64,000 bases of DNA from Chloropicon primus (Eukaryota), in the NCBI GenBank assembly GCA_023205875.1, contig CP060756.1, positions 310,001-374,000 on the forward strand, given 5' to 3'. Both the position numbers and the translations under genes were made by a program. The notes under the pieces are model-generated. The model was not told where the DNA came from, ran no database searches, and saw nothing but the letters and a program-made list of their open reading frames with translations. Below, one piece after another: positions 1 to 11,291 of this stretch; within the stretch, counting starts at the first letter, position 1; every line of letters begins with the position of its first letter.

Positions 1-1394
1 ATCTTCAAGGACCTCACCCTCTTGACAAACTCGCTGATCTTCCTCGCCGCGTTGGACTGTGGAATCTCGTACAGGTCCTCGATCAGATTCTTCCGCTCCC
101 TGTCCATCAGGTCCCCGAACTCGGTGTACACGTACTCCGAGTCCTGAAAATTCCCTGTGTACACCCTCGGAACCTCGGGGGACCTGAATATCCTGCTGAG
201 CGACCACATTAGGGCTCCGTACACTTTCATGAGGTGCTGGGAGTCGACCTGATCCGCCTTGTTCAGCACGATTCTCACCTTGTCGTCGAACCCATGGAGG
301 GCTTGAATCACCCTCTTGAACTCGTCGCTGATGTCCAGCTTGTAAGGATCGAACAGGAGCAAGATCAGGTCGGTCCTCTCCGCGAACCAGCGCACCACCT
401 CGGGGAACTCGTAGCCCCTCTCCAGCCTCTGCTTCTCCCCGGAGAGGACTCCAGGGGTGTCCACAATGTCGATGGAATTCAAGAGCTCGGCCGGCATCTC
501 CGCTCCCGCGAACTTGTTCAAGAACTTTTGCCCAAACTTTGTCAAACCGGCGTAGGGCTTGTCCGCCGAGACCGCCAAGGCGTTGCCGGGCATCGTCTTT
601 GCGGTCACGGAGTGGGAGACGACCACAAACCTATCGGTGGTCGGCTCCGGCCCGATCACCGCGGACGGGTACTGCTCGCCCAGGAGGTACTTGATGAAGC
701 TGGTCTTCCCCACACTGTACTGCCCGAGCATCATCACCGACGGCTTTGCCGAGAAATCCTGCGGCCTCATGACCGGGGAGTGGAAGAGGGGAAACTGGAA
801 CTTCTCCTCCAGAGGCTTCAAGTTCTTCATGTAGAGCTTGCAGAGGCCGTCCTGGAGGCTGTTGACGTTCTTCACCGACATTTTGGGGTTCACCTTGGTC
901 CCCAGCCCGAGCTTGCTCTTCATGGGCGAGGCGCTGGGCTTCACGGCCGGCTCGAAGGACCCCGACACATTGATGCCGACCAGCTGCGGCAGGCTCAGGT
1001 CCTGCTCCTTGTTGATCTCCCTGGCGACCTGGGAGTTGATGGTCCTCCCCGCCTGTGCGATCGAGATCAGCTTCATCGCGACGACGAACTCCTCGAGCTC
1101 CAGGGTCCCCCTCCTCTTGCTGTCGGCGAGGGCCCACACCTTGGCGAGCGTGGGCTGGGGCAGCCTCGACCTCGAGAAGAACGTCACGGCCTCATTCCCG
1201 TTCACCACCCCGTCCTTGTCCTTGTCCGCCTCCTTGAACCACTTGTAAAACTCGCCGGGCGAGTCCCCGAGTCCCAGCGGCCTGCTGTAGTTCGGCTTCT
1301 TCGCGGACCCGTCCCCCTTCTTCGAGGGCGTCTTCGCCTTGCCCTCCTTCCCCTGGGGGCTCGGGCTCGGGCTCTTCTTCGACGATGAGAACAT
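1..1394 (-). CDS. EHD1: EH domain-containing protein (EHD/RME-1 family dynamin-like ATPase), 3' end runs off the window
   Basis: Hand translation from ATG at 1394: MFSSSKK..., N-terminal EH domain (FYKWFKEADKDKDGVVNGNEAVTFF...LAKVWALAD), P-loop MLGQYSVGKT, IGPEPTTDRF, DTPGVLSGEKQR, LNKADQV; frame open to position 1. Confidence 0.93.
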   Translation of the reverse strand, partial: MFSSSKKSPSPSPQGKEGKAKTPSKKGDGSAKKPNYSRPLGLGDSPGEFYKWFKEADKDKDGVVNGNEAVTFFSRSRLPQPTLAKVWALADSKRRGTLELEEFVVAMKLISIAQAGRTINSQVAREINKEQDLSLPQLVGINVSGSFEPAVKPSASPMKSKLGLGTKVNPKMSVKNVNSLQDGLCKLYMKNLKPLEEKFQFPLFHSPVMRPQDFSAKPSVMMLGQYSVGKTSFIKYLLGEQYPSAVIGPEPTTDRFVVVSHSVTAKTMPGNALAVSADKPYAGLTKFGQKFLNKFAGAEMPAELLNSIDIVDTPGVLSGEKQRLERGYEFPEVVRWFAERTDLILLLFDPYKLDISDEFKRVIQALHGFDDKVRIVLNKADQVDSQHLMKVYGALMWSLSRIFRSPEVPRVYTGNFQDSEYVYTEFGDLMDRERKNLIEDLYEIPQSNAARKISEFVKRVRSLK

Positions 1395-1888
1395 CTCCTC
1401 GAGCTCGAGGGGTTCGCACACCAGCAACAACACACACACACACAAGAACTCCCTCTCCTTCTCCACTTGGTAACGGCTTCTGTCTCGAGAGTCTCTTGTC
1501 CACGACTCCGGACGCCAAACGCGTCAACCGAGGGCTCTTTGGAAAGACCAAGAGACGGTGACTCGCGCCAATCCCTCCTCTCCCGCTTCCTCCGTCCCTC
1601 ACGTCGCCCAAAAACAGACCAAAGCACACAAGAGAGCACGCGCGGCCGTTACCGCCCCACACAATTGATTCCCCTCGTCGAAACCCTCGAAACCCTAAAC
1701 CTTTTTGCATTCTACACGAGACGTTAATTCTACGGAGTAACTTTCCATAAGAATAAGTAACGTCTCCTGAAGAATGATACCCCCAATTTTTACTTAAGGA
1801 AATACGATGTGTGTTGGCGTTTGATTAAGGAAAAGCGCTAGCACTGGCCGCGGCCCTTCCGAGAGACAAGCGAACAACGGCTAACTTT

Positions 1889-2190
1889 TTACCCAGCACA
1901 GGAGCCAGGAGCTTTACCAGAGGAGCCAGGAGCTTTACCAGAGGAGCTTTACCCAGCACAGGAGCCAGGAGCTTTACCCAGCACAGCCAGGAGCTTTACC
2001 AGAGGAGCCAGGAGCCAGGAGCTTTACCAAGCACAGCCAGGAGCTTTACCAGAGGAGCCAGGAGCCAGGAGCTTTACCAAGCACAGCCAGGAGCTTTACC
2101 AGAGGAGCCAGGAGCTTTACCAGGAGCCAGGAGCTTTACCCAGCACAGCCAGGAGCTTTACCAGAGGAGCTTTACCCAGCAGAGGAGCCA
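1889..2190. repeat. Complex minisatellite built from GAGCTTTACC / AGGAGCC / CAGCAC modules
   Basis: About 13 copies of GAGCTTTACC; exact 50-bp higher-order unit at 1981-2030 and 2031-2080; lies between divergent genes. Confidence 0.92.
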
Positions 2191-2281
2191 AGACTTTTGG
2201 ACGAGGGGGTCGAGAGCGAGTGGAGCGAGTGTCTGCAGAGAGCGTTTCATTGACCGAGGTGTTGAGTGGTTTGCTTGCGAG

Positions 2282-3763
2282 ATGGCGGGGCCAGACGAAG
2301 TCGTTGTCAAGCACAGGAAAGGGGCAGTGGGCCTGTACCTGGTCCTCATGGCAGGTGAGTTTGCTCCCTCCTCCTTTTCTTCTTCTCTTTTCCGTGTTTT
2401 CTTTTTGTTGTTGTGTCGAACGGTGTTTAGGGGTCTCTCGCTGGGACTGACGTCGTGCGTGGCTTGCTCCTCTTCTCTGCTCGTATCAAGGATACTTGGC
2501 GTACTGCATCGTCACCCTGGTGACAACCTTTAAGAAGTTGGACAACCCTCCCATATCCTCCACGAATCAACAGTTATCGTGGAACCTACCGGCACTTTTC
2601 ATAGGACCGAGCGAGAGATACGCGCCGGACTTCACCAGTCAGAGGTTCTTCGCCCGTTGCGTCTTCCAGGTAAGTTGGTCGTCCTCTCCAACTTCTCATC
2701 ATCATCATCAGCAGCAGCAGCAATGTCACCTGCAACTGCAAGATCGCATGACGAACTAACGTTTGCTCTCTCTGTGTCTGTCTGTCTCTCTGCCTCTCGA
2801 TTGCTTGTGTGGCTGGTGTGTGTCCTCCTGCAGGAGTCTCACTTCGCTTTGGGTCCGGACTTCAAAACGGACAAGAGGTGCACGGGAGGGCGGTGCTTCT
2901 GCACGGCGAGGGTCGTCGACCATCCCAACGACCCGAGCAAGAAGAGGGTCGGCGTGGACCTCAGCAGTCTGGTGGCCAAGCACAAGGGAGCGTCGGTCGA
3001 GATCTACATGGAGTTCCCAAAGCCAACGAAGGTGGTCTGCCCTACGATCTCCCAGCTGCTGAACCAGGGGGCGGACGTCGCTCTGCCCATCGTGTGCGAT
3101 AGGACGATGATCACGGACTTGTACTCGAGGAGAATGTTCGATGAGGCGGTTGCGAACAAGGAGGCCGTCGAGCCCCAAGGAAAGATGGCGACGACGGCGT
3201 CCAGCCCATCCTTCCCGATGAACAACAAGTTCTGGATCGAGATGAGTCAGATTGAGAGGTACGTGAGGGACGAGAGTTACTTCAGTGGCGCGCCTACCGC
3301 CCAGCTGGAGACCGAGGATAGCTTTGACACCACGGGTTACTCGGAGCACCTCTCGTTCGACAGCACACACGTCAACTATCTCGAGGCCAACAACCTTGAC
3401 TTCATGCTGCTGACGGTCAAGGCGTCCTCCGTGGGCGTCGTCGTCAAGCACAAGGAGCTCAGCCCCATGGATTGGACCATCTTGCTGGGTCAGCTCGGAG
3501 GTTTCTGGGTGGTGGTGACCATCCTGTTCAGGATCGTGTACGTCCCAAAGGCGTACATGGTCCCTCGCTGGAAGAAGACCGAGGCCGACTTGGAGGACGA
3601 GATGAACGCGGCCCACACGGAGAAGCTGTGGGAGGGTGCCGTCCGGAGGAAGTCCCAGGCGCAGCCCGGGGCCGCCTACCCCCTCACTCCCGCGCAGAGA
3701 GTCACCTCGTACCCGCCCAAGGGGAACAACCAGTCCACCATCCAGATGACAGACACCGCCTGA
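2282..3763 (+). CDS. Two-TM membrane protein with large Cys-containing loop (PAC/TMEM206- or ENaC/P2X-like topology); exons 2282-2354, 2491-2669, 2834-3763
   Basis: Introns GTGAGT..AAG and GTAAGT..CAG with CTGAC/CTAAC branch sites join in frame; TM1 GAVGLYLVLMAGYLAYCIVTLV, TM2 WTILLGQLGGFWVVVTILFRIVY. Confidence 0.75.
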
Positions 3764-3913
3764 GTGACACGAAGAAGGAAGGACTCCACGAGGAGCTTGT
3801 AGTTTTTTTGTAGATATGTATCACCAAGCAAAGCTGCCAAAGCAAGGTAGCAGGGGTGGCATCCGTTTAGCATTAAGTTATTGAATAAAGAAAGCAACTC
3901 CATGTCATCAACA

Positions 3914-3945
<32 letters not shown>

Positions 3946-3958
3946 ATGAATGGAAAGG

Positions 3959-4396
3959 TCACTCGATTTGGTCGTCCACCTTCTTCCCGGACTCGACGCT
4001 CACGAGCTGAGGGCCCTCGCCGGTGTGAGGCAGAGGGCAGTAGACCAAGACGTGGACGCACTCCTCCTCGCTCACTTTGACCTTCACCTTGTAGTTGATG
4101 CCCGCGACCTAAACGACAAAACAAACAAACAAACAAACACAAGAGACAGCTTGGTGTGAGGCTTCCTCCTGGCTGGAACGAGGGCAATCTCCCCTTGGAG
4201 AGCCGCGATTCATCACGTGCGTGCGTCACTCCATCGATCTACTCTCTCTTCTTACCACTTGCTTGACAAAGGAGACAGGCTCGAACGTCTGAAAAGCCTT
4301 CCCGTGCTTCCCTTCGACCTCCGCCTTCAACCCAGTCACGATCTCCTTTACCTCCGCCGTCACGGCTTCTGCTCCTCCGTACGCTCCCACTGCCAT
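3959..4396 (-). CDS. Stefin-type (type 1) cystatin, 96 aa; exons 4396-4256 and 4108-3959
   Basis: MAVGAYGG...FEPVSFVKQV|VAGINYKVKVKV...VHVLVYCPLPH; QVVAG motif is split by a GTAAG..TAG intron; no signal peptide. Confidence 0.88.
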
Positions 4397-4872
4397 CGCC
4401 TCTCTCTCTTCTCTCTTCTTCTCTCTCCTCCTGTCTCTGTCTCTGTCTCTCCTGTCTCTCTCACTTTTGCTTCCTCCACCGTCGGAGAGACAGAGAGACA
4501 GAGAGACAGAGAAGGGGAGGAAAGGCGAGGGTGTTGGAGCGATCGGTTGCGCCGGTTGCGACGGAGGAGGGTGCCGATCGATAGAACGCTTCGTTCTCTT
4601 TCCGTGGACCCGAGCATCACCTGGGTGGCTTGGCGAGCGACCTAATTCATCCCCAGCGAATCGTGTTGTTGTTGTTAAACTTGCAGAGAAGGGAGGAGGA
4701 GGCATCGTCCTACCTGATTGATATATTGTTGGTCGAAGGGTTTGGTCCGATCGCCTGAGGCACAGGATCGAGGAGGAGGCATCGTCGTGCTCGTCGCGGT
4801 CTTTGGAGAATTGTTTTGGGTTACTGCGCAAGCGCTCCGCATTTTGGTCGAGATCAGTAGAGTTGGCCGAGC

Positions 4873-5989
4873 ATGAGTGCGGCGTCACAGCGAAGGCTCG
4901 AGGACTTCTTCGGGGCCCCCGCGAAGAAGAGGAAGGTGGAGGATGCGTCGGATGGGAAGGAGGAAGGCGAGGGCTCTCGTGATCAATCTAAGCAGCCGGA
5001 CCGCGCGGAGATCAACCGCGCGGTGGCGTTGATGCTCGCGAAAACGAGGAAGGTTAGGGAGAGGTGAGTCCCAGAGGAGAGCCAAGTCAAGCCTACCTCG
5101 GTGGAGTGTTCTGACCCACAATTCTGTTTCGCTTTGCACGACAGTGTCTTGGGGACTCGGCAGAAGGGGGAGCAACCCAAGCTGAAGGAGCTCCTGCTGG
5201 AGGCAAGCTGGATGGACGCTCTCGAGAATCAGTTCTCTCGTGAATACTTTCTGTCTCTGGAGCGTTTCATACACTCGGAGTGGAAGGGAAAGGTCCAGAT
5301 ATTCCCTGAGCCTTGGAACATCTTCCGCGCGCTCAACGCCTGCCCCCCAAGCAAGGTGAAGGTAGTGATCCTGGGTCAGGTGAGTTCTTGAGGCGACTTT
5401 TGTCGCGTCGCCAGTTCTGCCACAAACGACTTTGCTCGCCTCGGCCCGCCCCCTTCCTGACGCGCGATAACTCGGCTCTGCCTGCCTCTTCTTCTGTCCC
5501 TCCTTTCAGGACCCGTACCACAACATCGGGCAGGCCATGGGACTGAGCTTCTCCGTGCCCAACGGGGTTCAGGTTCCGATGAGTCTTAGGAACATCTACA
5601 AGGAGTTGAAAACCGACTGCGGGACAGTGACCCCGACGCACGGGAACCTCGAGAAATGGGCCGCCCAGGGCGTCCTGCTGCTCAATTCCGTGCTCACCGT
5701 GCGAGCACACGCCGCGGGGTCCCACAGCAAGAGGGGCTGGGAGACATTCACCGAGGAGGTCATAAAGACGATCTCTTCTCAGCAGGAGAACATCGTGTTC
5801 CTGCTGTGGGGCAAGTGGGCACAGGACAGAGGCAGGCTGATCAAAAACAATTCCAGGCACTGCATCTTGAAGTGCCCCCATCCCTCCGGGCTCTCCGCGC
5901 ACAGGGGCTTCTTCGGGTCCAAGCACTTCTCCCAGGCAAACGAGTACTTGGTGGGCAACAAGAAGGCACCGATCGACTGGCAGTTGTAA
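4873..5989 (+). CDS. UNG: Uracil-DNA glycosylase; exons 4873-5063, 5145-5379, 5510-5989
   Basis: [22 protein letters not shown] and [11 protein letters not shown] motifs; N-terminal PIP-like QRRLEDFF; canonical splice sites keep the frame. Confidence 0.96.
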
Positions 5990-6066
5990 GATTGTGCTGT
6001 TTGTACGTAATCTTTTATCACATATATTAACGAGGGTATTTGAGTAATGGTACAAGTAGTCTTCGG

Positions 6067-7377
6067 TTAGAACAGCGCCTTCCCGGACACGAACACGCCC
6101 AAGCAGGCCAAAACGGCACCCAGAGTGACCAAAGAGGCGTGGAAGCACAGCCTGGGCCACCTGCACTTGTGCGTGGTGTCCAAGATATCCAACAGGGGAG
6201 GTAGAATCAGGGCGAGCATGGTGGACGCGCCGGATCCAATCAGGGCGATCATCAGGCCAAGGTTGTTGCCCATGGCTATGGCGAGGCCTCCGGTGAATAT
6301 TGCCAGGGCAAGCCTGCCATAGTAGGGGCCCGAGGTCCCCGCGGGGGAGCCCAGGACCCGCTCCGCAATGACTTCGGCGGCCGGGCGGAGCTGCAGGGGG
6401 TACGTCAGCAGGACAGCCGCGCACAGGAAGATGTTGATCACGATCATCCACGCATTTGAGGCCACGCCCCTCTTGTCCAGCTCCGCCGTGATGCTCCCAT
6501 CTGAAATTTTCCCGAACGAGTAGTAGCTCAAAGTCCCCATGAGCCACAATATCGTGCAAGCTGTGATGATGCCCGGGAAGAACACCTTTCGAAACTCCTT
6601 GGTGGACCTCATCGAGTTGCCAATCGGGAGGACGAGGCCGATGCCCTCCAGGGAGTAGACAGAGTTTCCAACAAAAAGTGGAAACTCCGACCTACAAAGA
6701 GGCAGCTTCTTCACGGCGTCGAAGTTGTCAGCGACAGCGTGCCTCACGCTCTCCACGAGAACCCAAAGGATGCTGGAGCATATGAGAAGGTTTGACATGC
6801 CGGAAAAGACGGCCAGGCTCTTCACTTGGTTGGGCACGATCAAAAGCAGGACCACCGGGAAGGCCAGGGCTGCCATGTAGGCATACGGGATCTCGTTATC
6901 CTTTCCGAACAAGTCCTCCGAAGGAAACGAGTCCCCAAAGAAAGAAAAGTAGACGGAACAGATGCCCAGCTGAGTCAGGACAATGAAGGTGTCCACCAAG
7001 GGCTTGCCGCTCTTGCCGAGGACGTGCCCCGCCACCTCACCATACGTCCGAGCAAATCGCCCATCCACTTTGAGGCGTTCCCTGCACTGGATCAGAAGGT
7101 GCATGTTGTACACGGCCATGCTCGATAGGATGAAGAATCCCAGCGGCCCGAGGAGTGAGCCGGCTTGCGAAAACGCGAAGGGGAGACTGAGGCAACCCGG
7201 TCCCACGTTACCCTTCAGCACGTTCATGAAGGTCTGCTTCCTGCTGGCATAGACGACGGTTTGGGCTCCCTCCCCCCCCTTGTCGTCCCCCGCACAGACA
7301 TCCGTCAGCGAAGACGATCGGCTCCGCAGCAGAGGCTGCTGCTGGTCGCTCACCCCCGCCAAGGCCTCCCCATCCAT
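6067..7377 (-). CDS. Amino acid transporter (AAAP/SLC36-like, Aa_trans family)
   Basis: NVLKGNVGPGCLSLPFAF, TQLGICSVYF, YSLEGIGLVLPI, LLTYPLQL; about 11 hydrophobic segments. Confidence 0.9.
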   Translation of the reverse strand: MDGEALAGVSDQQQPLLRSRSSSLTDVCAGDDKGGEGAQTVVYASRKQTFMNVLKGNVGPGCLSLPFAFSQAGSLLGPLGFFILSSMAVYNMHLLIQCRERLKVDGRFARTYGEVAGHVLGKSGKPLVDTFIVLTQLGICSVYFSFFGDSFPSEDLFGKDNEIPYAYMAALAFPVVLLLIVPNQVKSLAVFSGMSNLLICSSILWVLVESVRHAVADNFDAVKKLPLCRSEFPLFVGNSVYSLEGIGLVLPIGNSMRSTKEFRKVFFPGIITACTILWLMGTLSYYSFGKISDGSITAELDKRGVASNAWMIVINIFLCAAVLLTYPLQLRPAAEVIAERVLGSPAGTSGPYYGRLALAIFTGGLAIAMGNNLGLMIALIGSGASTMLALILPPLLDILDTTHKCRWPRLCFHASLVTLGAVLACLGVFVSGKALF

Positions 7378-7867
7378 CCTCCTCCTCCCCTCTCTTCAGA
7401 CCTGTTTCCCAATCCTCTCCCGGACACAAGACATCCAAGCCCTGGGCCTCTCTTGAAAGGAAGACGAGAGAGAGAGAGAGAGAGAGAGAAGAGGTCCGAC
7501 CTCCTCGGGCCCTCAACGCGCCCCCCGTCCTCCAATCCAATCCCAAACTCAATCCTGATGATGATGCAGCGAGGGTTCTGATCGACCTCAGCGGTTCCAC
7601 CTTTCCGTCAAACTCGTCAACCAAGGTACGAGCGGAAAGGTCTTGAGACGCCCTGTCGCACCACTCGATCCTCTCGTCCTTGCTCGGTTCCCTCCGCCCT
7701 GGTGTCGCGTTCGAAGCCACGCTGATCGTACCTCGCTGACGCAGTGAGTGAGTGGTCTGTGGAGGGGCGAAGCAAGAGAGGTTTAGGTTTAGCGAGGGAG
7801 CGAGGAGGGCGAGGGCGAGGAGGGAGAGAGGGCAGAGGAGGGAGGGAGGGAGAGAGGGAAGAGGACG

Positions 7868-9502
7868 ATGGCGGCGCAACGAAAACTCCAGCAGGAGATC
7901 GACAAGGTCCTGAAGAAAATAAAAGAAGGTGTCGATGTTTTTGATAACTTGTGGGAGCAAATGCAAGCGAGCGAGTACCAGAACCAAAGGGAGAAGTTCG
8001 AGAGCGAGTTGAAGAAGGAGATCAAGAAGCTTCAGAGGTTCAGGGACCAGGTGAAGACTTGGCAGGCGTCTTCAGATGTGAAGGACAAGAAGCCTCTCCT
8101 GGAGGCGCGTAAGGCGGTGGAGAGGGAGATGGAGCGTTTCAAAGCGGCGGAACGGGAGGGGAAGACGAAGGCGTTCTCCAAGGAGGGGCTCATAAAAGCG
8201 GCGAGCTTGGACCCGAAGAGCAAGGCCAGGCAGGAGGTCAGGGACTGGGTGAACTCAACCGTCGACAAGCTGAACAGTCAGATCGATGAGCTGGACGCGG
8301 AGCTTGAGGCGTCGGGCTCGAAGAAGAAGAAGAAGTCCAGCCGCGAGCTGGAAGTGGAGCAGTACATCTCGCGCCACCGAGAGCACATACAGAAGCTGGA
8401 GAGCCTGCTGAGGCTGCTTGACAACGAGCAGCTTGAGCCCGACGATTTTGCTGACATCAGAGACTTCCTGGATGACTACATTGAGAGGAACCAGGACGAC
8501 CCCGAGGAGTTCGAGGATAGCATGGAGTACTTCTATGAAGGCGTTGCTGACGTCATGGAGAGCGCTCCTTTGGCGACCGTGACCTCCCTGACCAAGAAGA
8601 AGGACGACAAGGACAAGGAGGACAAGAAGGCCAAGGAGCGCCAGGAGAAGGAGGAGAAGGAGCGCCAGGAGAAGGTCGAGAGGGAGCAGAGGGAGAGGGA
8701 GCAGAGGGAGAAGGCGGCCCAGGCCAAGGCTGCGCTCGAGGCGGAGAAGGCCAAGGCTAAGGCAGCCATGGAGAGCACCAGGATGGCGGACGCGGTCGAA
8801 AAGAGGAGTCAGCCTTCGCACCCCGGCGCTCAAAGAGATCACGGGGCCACCGTCATGCATGGCAACACTTCCAAGGATGGAGGCCAAGGAGGCCCCGCCA
8901 ACGGGGGAAATGGTGTCTCTGCGGGTTCAACCAAGCACCACGGGGGTATGGGCAGCTGGAACTACGGAGGGAGCGGCCTGGGTGCGGGAGGTGCTGGCGC
9001 ATTCCCTCAGGAAGCCCGCGCAGCAGAGCCGAAGGACAGGCAACAGAGGGAGAGGGGCGGCAAGGGTCAGATGCCGCTACTGAACTCTTCCTTCGGGTCC
9101 AACCTGCCTTCCTTCCGCCACAACGTCCATAGCATCCCTCAGGAGCAGGACCGAACTTGGCGAAACGGGTCTTCTCGCAAGGCGACTGTGAAGGCCCTCA
9201 CCGACCCGAGCTGCTACGAGAGGTTTGATGGGGAGACTCTTTTCTTTGCTTTTTACTACCAGCCCGGTACTTACAGCCAGTACCTCGCGGCCAGGGCTCT
9301 GAAGAAGAAGAACTGGCGTTTCAACAAGCGTCACAACGCTTGGTTCCAAAGGCTCAAGGAGCCCCAGTACGTCACAGCAGAGCAAGAGCAGGGCAGTTAT
9401 ATTTGGTTTGACAATCATATGTTCCACGAAGATGGCTCCCGGGGCTGGAGGCCAAGAGTCAAGGAGAACTTTGTGTTCGAATACAGCGACTTGGAGAGGT
9501 AA
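7868..9502 (+). CDS. NOT3: CCR4-NOT complex subunit NOT3/NOT5
   Basis: MAAQRKLQQEIDKVLKKIKEG, LKKEIKKLQRFRDQVKTW, C-terminal NOT box ETLFFAFYYQPGTYSQYLAARALKKKNWRFNK. Confidence 0.96.
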   Translation: MAAQRKLQQEIDKVLKKIKEGVDVFDNLWEQMQASEYQNQREKFESELKKEIKKLQRFRDQVKTWQASSDVKDKKPLLEARKAVEREMERFKAAEREGKTKAFSKEGLIKAASLDPKSKARQEVRDWVNSTVDKLNSQIDELDAELEASGSKKKKKSSRELEVEQYISRHREHIQKLESLLRLLDNEQLEPDDFADIRDFLDDYIERNQDDPEEFEDSMEYFYEGVADVMESAPLATVTSLTKKKDDKDKEDKKAKERQEKEEKERQEKVEREQREREQREKAAQAKAALEAEKAKAKAAMESTRMADAVEKRSQPSHPGAQRDHGATVMHGNTSKDGGQGGPANGGNGVSAGSTKHHGGMGSWNYGGSGLGAGGAGAFPQEARAAEPKDRQQRERGGKGQMPLLNSSFGSNLPSFRHNVHSIPQEQDRTWRNGSSRKATVKALTDPSCYERFDGETLFFAFYYQPGTYSQYLAARALKKKNWRFNKRHNAWFQRLKEPQYVTAEQEQGSYIWFDNHMFHEDGSRGWRPRVKENFVFEYSDLER

Positions 9503-9624
9503 ATAAAATGTGTGTTGTGCAATTTTATTATAAGGGGACTGCGTCCTTCATCATCCAAAAAAATAAAAGGTGTCCTCCTTCTCATCCTTCATGATTCACC
9601 GACTGTTCTTGGTGTGGTTGTGTC

Positions 9625-10515
9625 TCATGTTATGAGGAGTATCGTGGGCTCTCTCTCGTCGTGGCTGTGGCGGTAAAACTTGAGGAAACCTCTTAGGGCG
9701 TAGGTCACTATGAAGATCGGGACGAATATCACGAGAATCCGGAACGTGTAGACGAAGGCCTCAAAGATCGTCGTCTCGCTCGTACTGACACCGATCACGA
9801 CATTCATGATCGTCAGGAGCAAGCAAAACTTGCAGAGGAACCTGTTGTGACCCTTGGACCAGAATCTTTGGAACATCGTTTGCCCTTCCTCAGCCTGAGC
9901 CTCCGCCTCCTGCGCGGCTCTCGAGTAACCTGGAATCAACCAGCCAACAAAAGCTGCGGGCGATGGCTCTTCGATCCGGGCTACGCGTCTTGGTGTTGGA
10001 ACAGTAAAGTCGCCGTTGAGCGGAGATCTGCATATCTCGCAGGTGATGTTCCCTTTCTCGTTTATCCACTTCTGAAGGCACCGTTTATGCACGTACTTCA
10101 AGGTGCCCGAGCACGAGCAAGGGCTTTCCAGTCTCGACTCCAAATCAAGCTCCTGGCATATACGGCACTCGAGCTCACCCTCCTCTGCTTCTGTTGAGAA
10201 GCTTGGTGATCTCGAAGGCGAGCACCCTTCGTCCCCTTGCCCCTGATCCCGCTCCCCCCGGTCGTCCTCTTCAGGCTCATCCACAACGACGACGTTCAGC
10301 ATGTGGATAGACTGGTGGCCCTCCTCCCTGCTCTGGATTTGAGCCGCAGTCTCTTCTTCAAGGCGCTCTTCTGCCCGAACAATGTCGATCCAAGTTTCTC
10401 TATCATTGATCTCCAACTGGCTGAGCGCTCGACTTCTTTGCCTCTCTCTCGTCACACGCCTCTCTTCCCTCTCCTGCATCTCCTTCCTCAGGAGATAAGA
10501 CGCAACGAAGGCCAT
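9625..10515 (-). CDS. RING-CH (MARCH-type) membrane E3 ubiquitin ligase; start uncertain (frame open to 10605)
   Basis: CRICQE...PCSCSGTLKYVHKRCLQKWINEKGNITCEIC (C4HC3) followed by two TM helices. Confidence 0.85.
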   Translation of the reverse strand: MAFVASYLLRKEMQEREERRVTRERQRSRALSQLEINDRETWIDIVRAEERLEEETAAQIQSREEGHQSIHMLNVVVVDEPEEDDRGERDQGQGDEGCSPSRSPSFSTEAEEGELECRICQELDLESRLESPCSCSGTLKYVHKRCLQKWINEKGNITCEICRSPLNGDFTVPTPRRVARIEEPSPAAFVGWLIPGYSRAAQEAEAQAEEGQTMFQRFWSKGHNRFLCKFCLLLTIMNVVIGVSTSETTIFEAFVYTFRILVIFVPIFIVTYALRGFLKFYRHSHDEREPTILLIT

Positions 10516-11212
10516 CCTTGTTGTGTTGGGTTGTCTTCTGATGTCTCCAAGACCACCTTTCACAGTCTCATGCTTGCCGCTGGCTATGTCAACCTTCTTG
10601 GGCACAACGTACAGACCTCACACAAGTTCTCGGTGGGTGGCACTTGTCCGGTTACGAAAACGAAGAGAGTCTGTCCAACCAATGGGCACCTATGAACCAC
10701 ACCTCCTCCCCCTGTGCTTGTCCTTCAAGTACGTTGTCTTCTCGCCCCTCCCAAGGCTTTGGAAAGGTAGCGCTCGTCAGTAACGTGAGCAAAGAACGCA
10801 GCCAGTGGAGACCTGTGAGCCACCGCCTCCAGTGTCCTTCAAGCGTGCTGCCCTGTCTACTCAAACGTGTTCCCTTTGCCAAGGAGCCCACGCGTCACGT
10901 GCTGGGGTATACGATTTTTTGATGATTCCCCTCCCCCCCTTGAGGTTGAAGAGCAAAGCAAGGTAACGGAAGGGAGACAGCCGTGCTGGAAGGGAGACAG
11001 CCGGGCAGGAGTGATGGAAAGAGAGAGAGGAGGGAAGTAAGATCGTTCTCTTTGTCATTCATTTGAGCAGTCTCTTGTGACAACCAACGCAGTGGCGAGG
11101 ATTTGAGGACCCGAACGTGGAGAAGGGAAGGAAGCTTTTCTGCGTCTTGAAAATCTTCTTGAAAATCTTTGAAAAGGAACCGAGGAGGAACCTTGGGGGT
11201 GCTGCTAGTGCA

Positions 11213-11291
11213 CTTGGGATGCTCGAAGCAGGACCAATGGTCGTTGCTAAAGCCCCGAACACTTGATCCACGGTTTCTTTGAATTAAGGCA
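11213..11291. repeat. Direct repeat copy A (79 bp), overlapping the stop codon and 3' flank of the repeat-protein gene
   Basis: 77/79 identical to 14550-14628 by manual comparison. Confidence 0.92.

Noticed and set aside
234..1388. 384-aa + strand ORF
   Set aside because: Antisense to the clearly conserved EHD gene.
1680..1703. Telomere-like AAACCCT(A) motifs (also GGTTTAGGTTTAG near 7780)
   Set aside because: Only 1-3 degenerate units; could be telo-boxes but not distinguishable from chance by eye.
1889..2190. Possible CRISPR array or GKAPGS-coding repeat
   Set aside because: No unique spacers, no cas genes, eukaryotic context; irregular module lengths break any frame.
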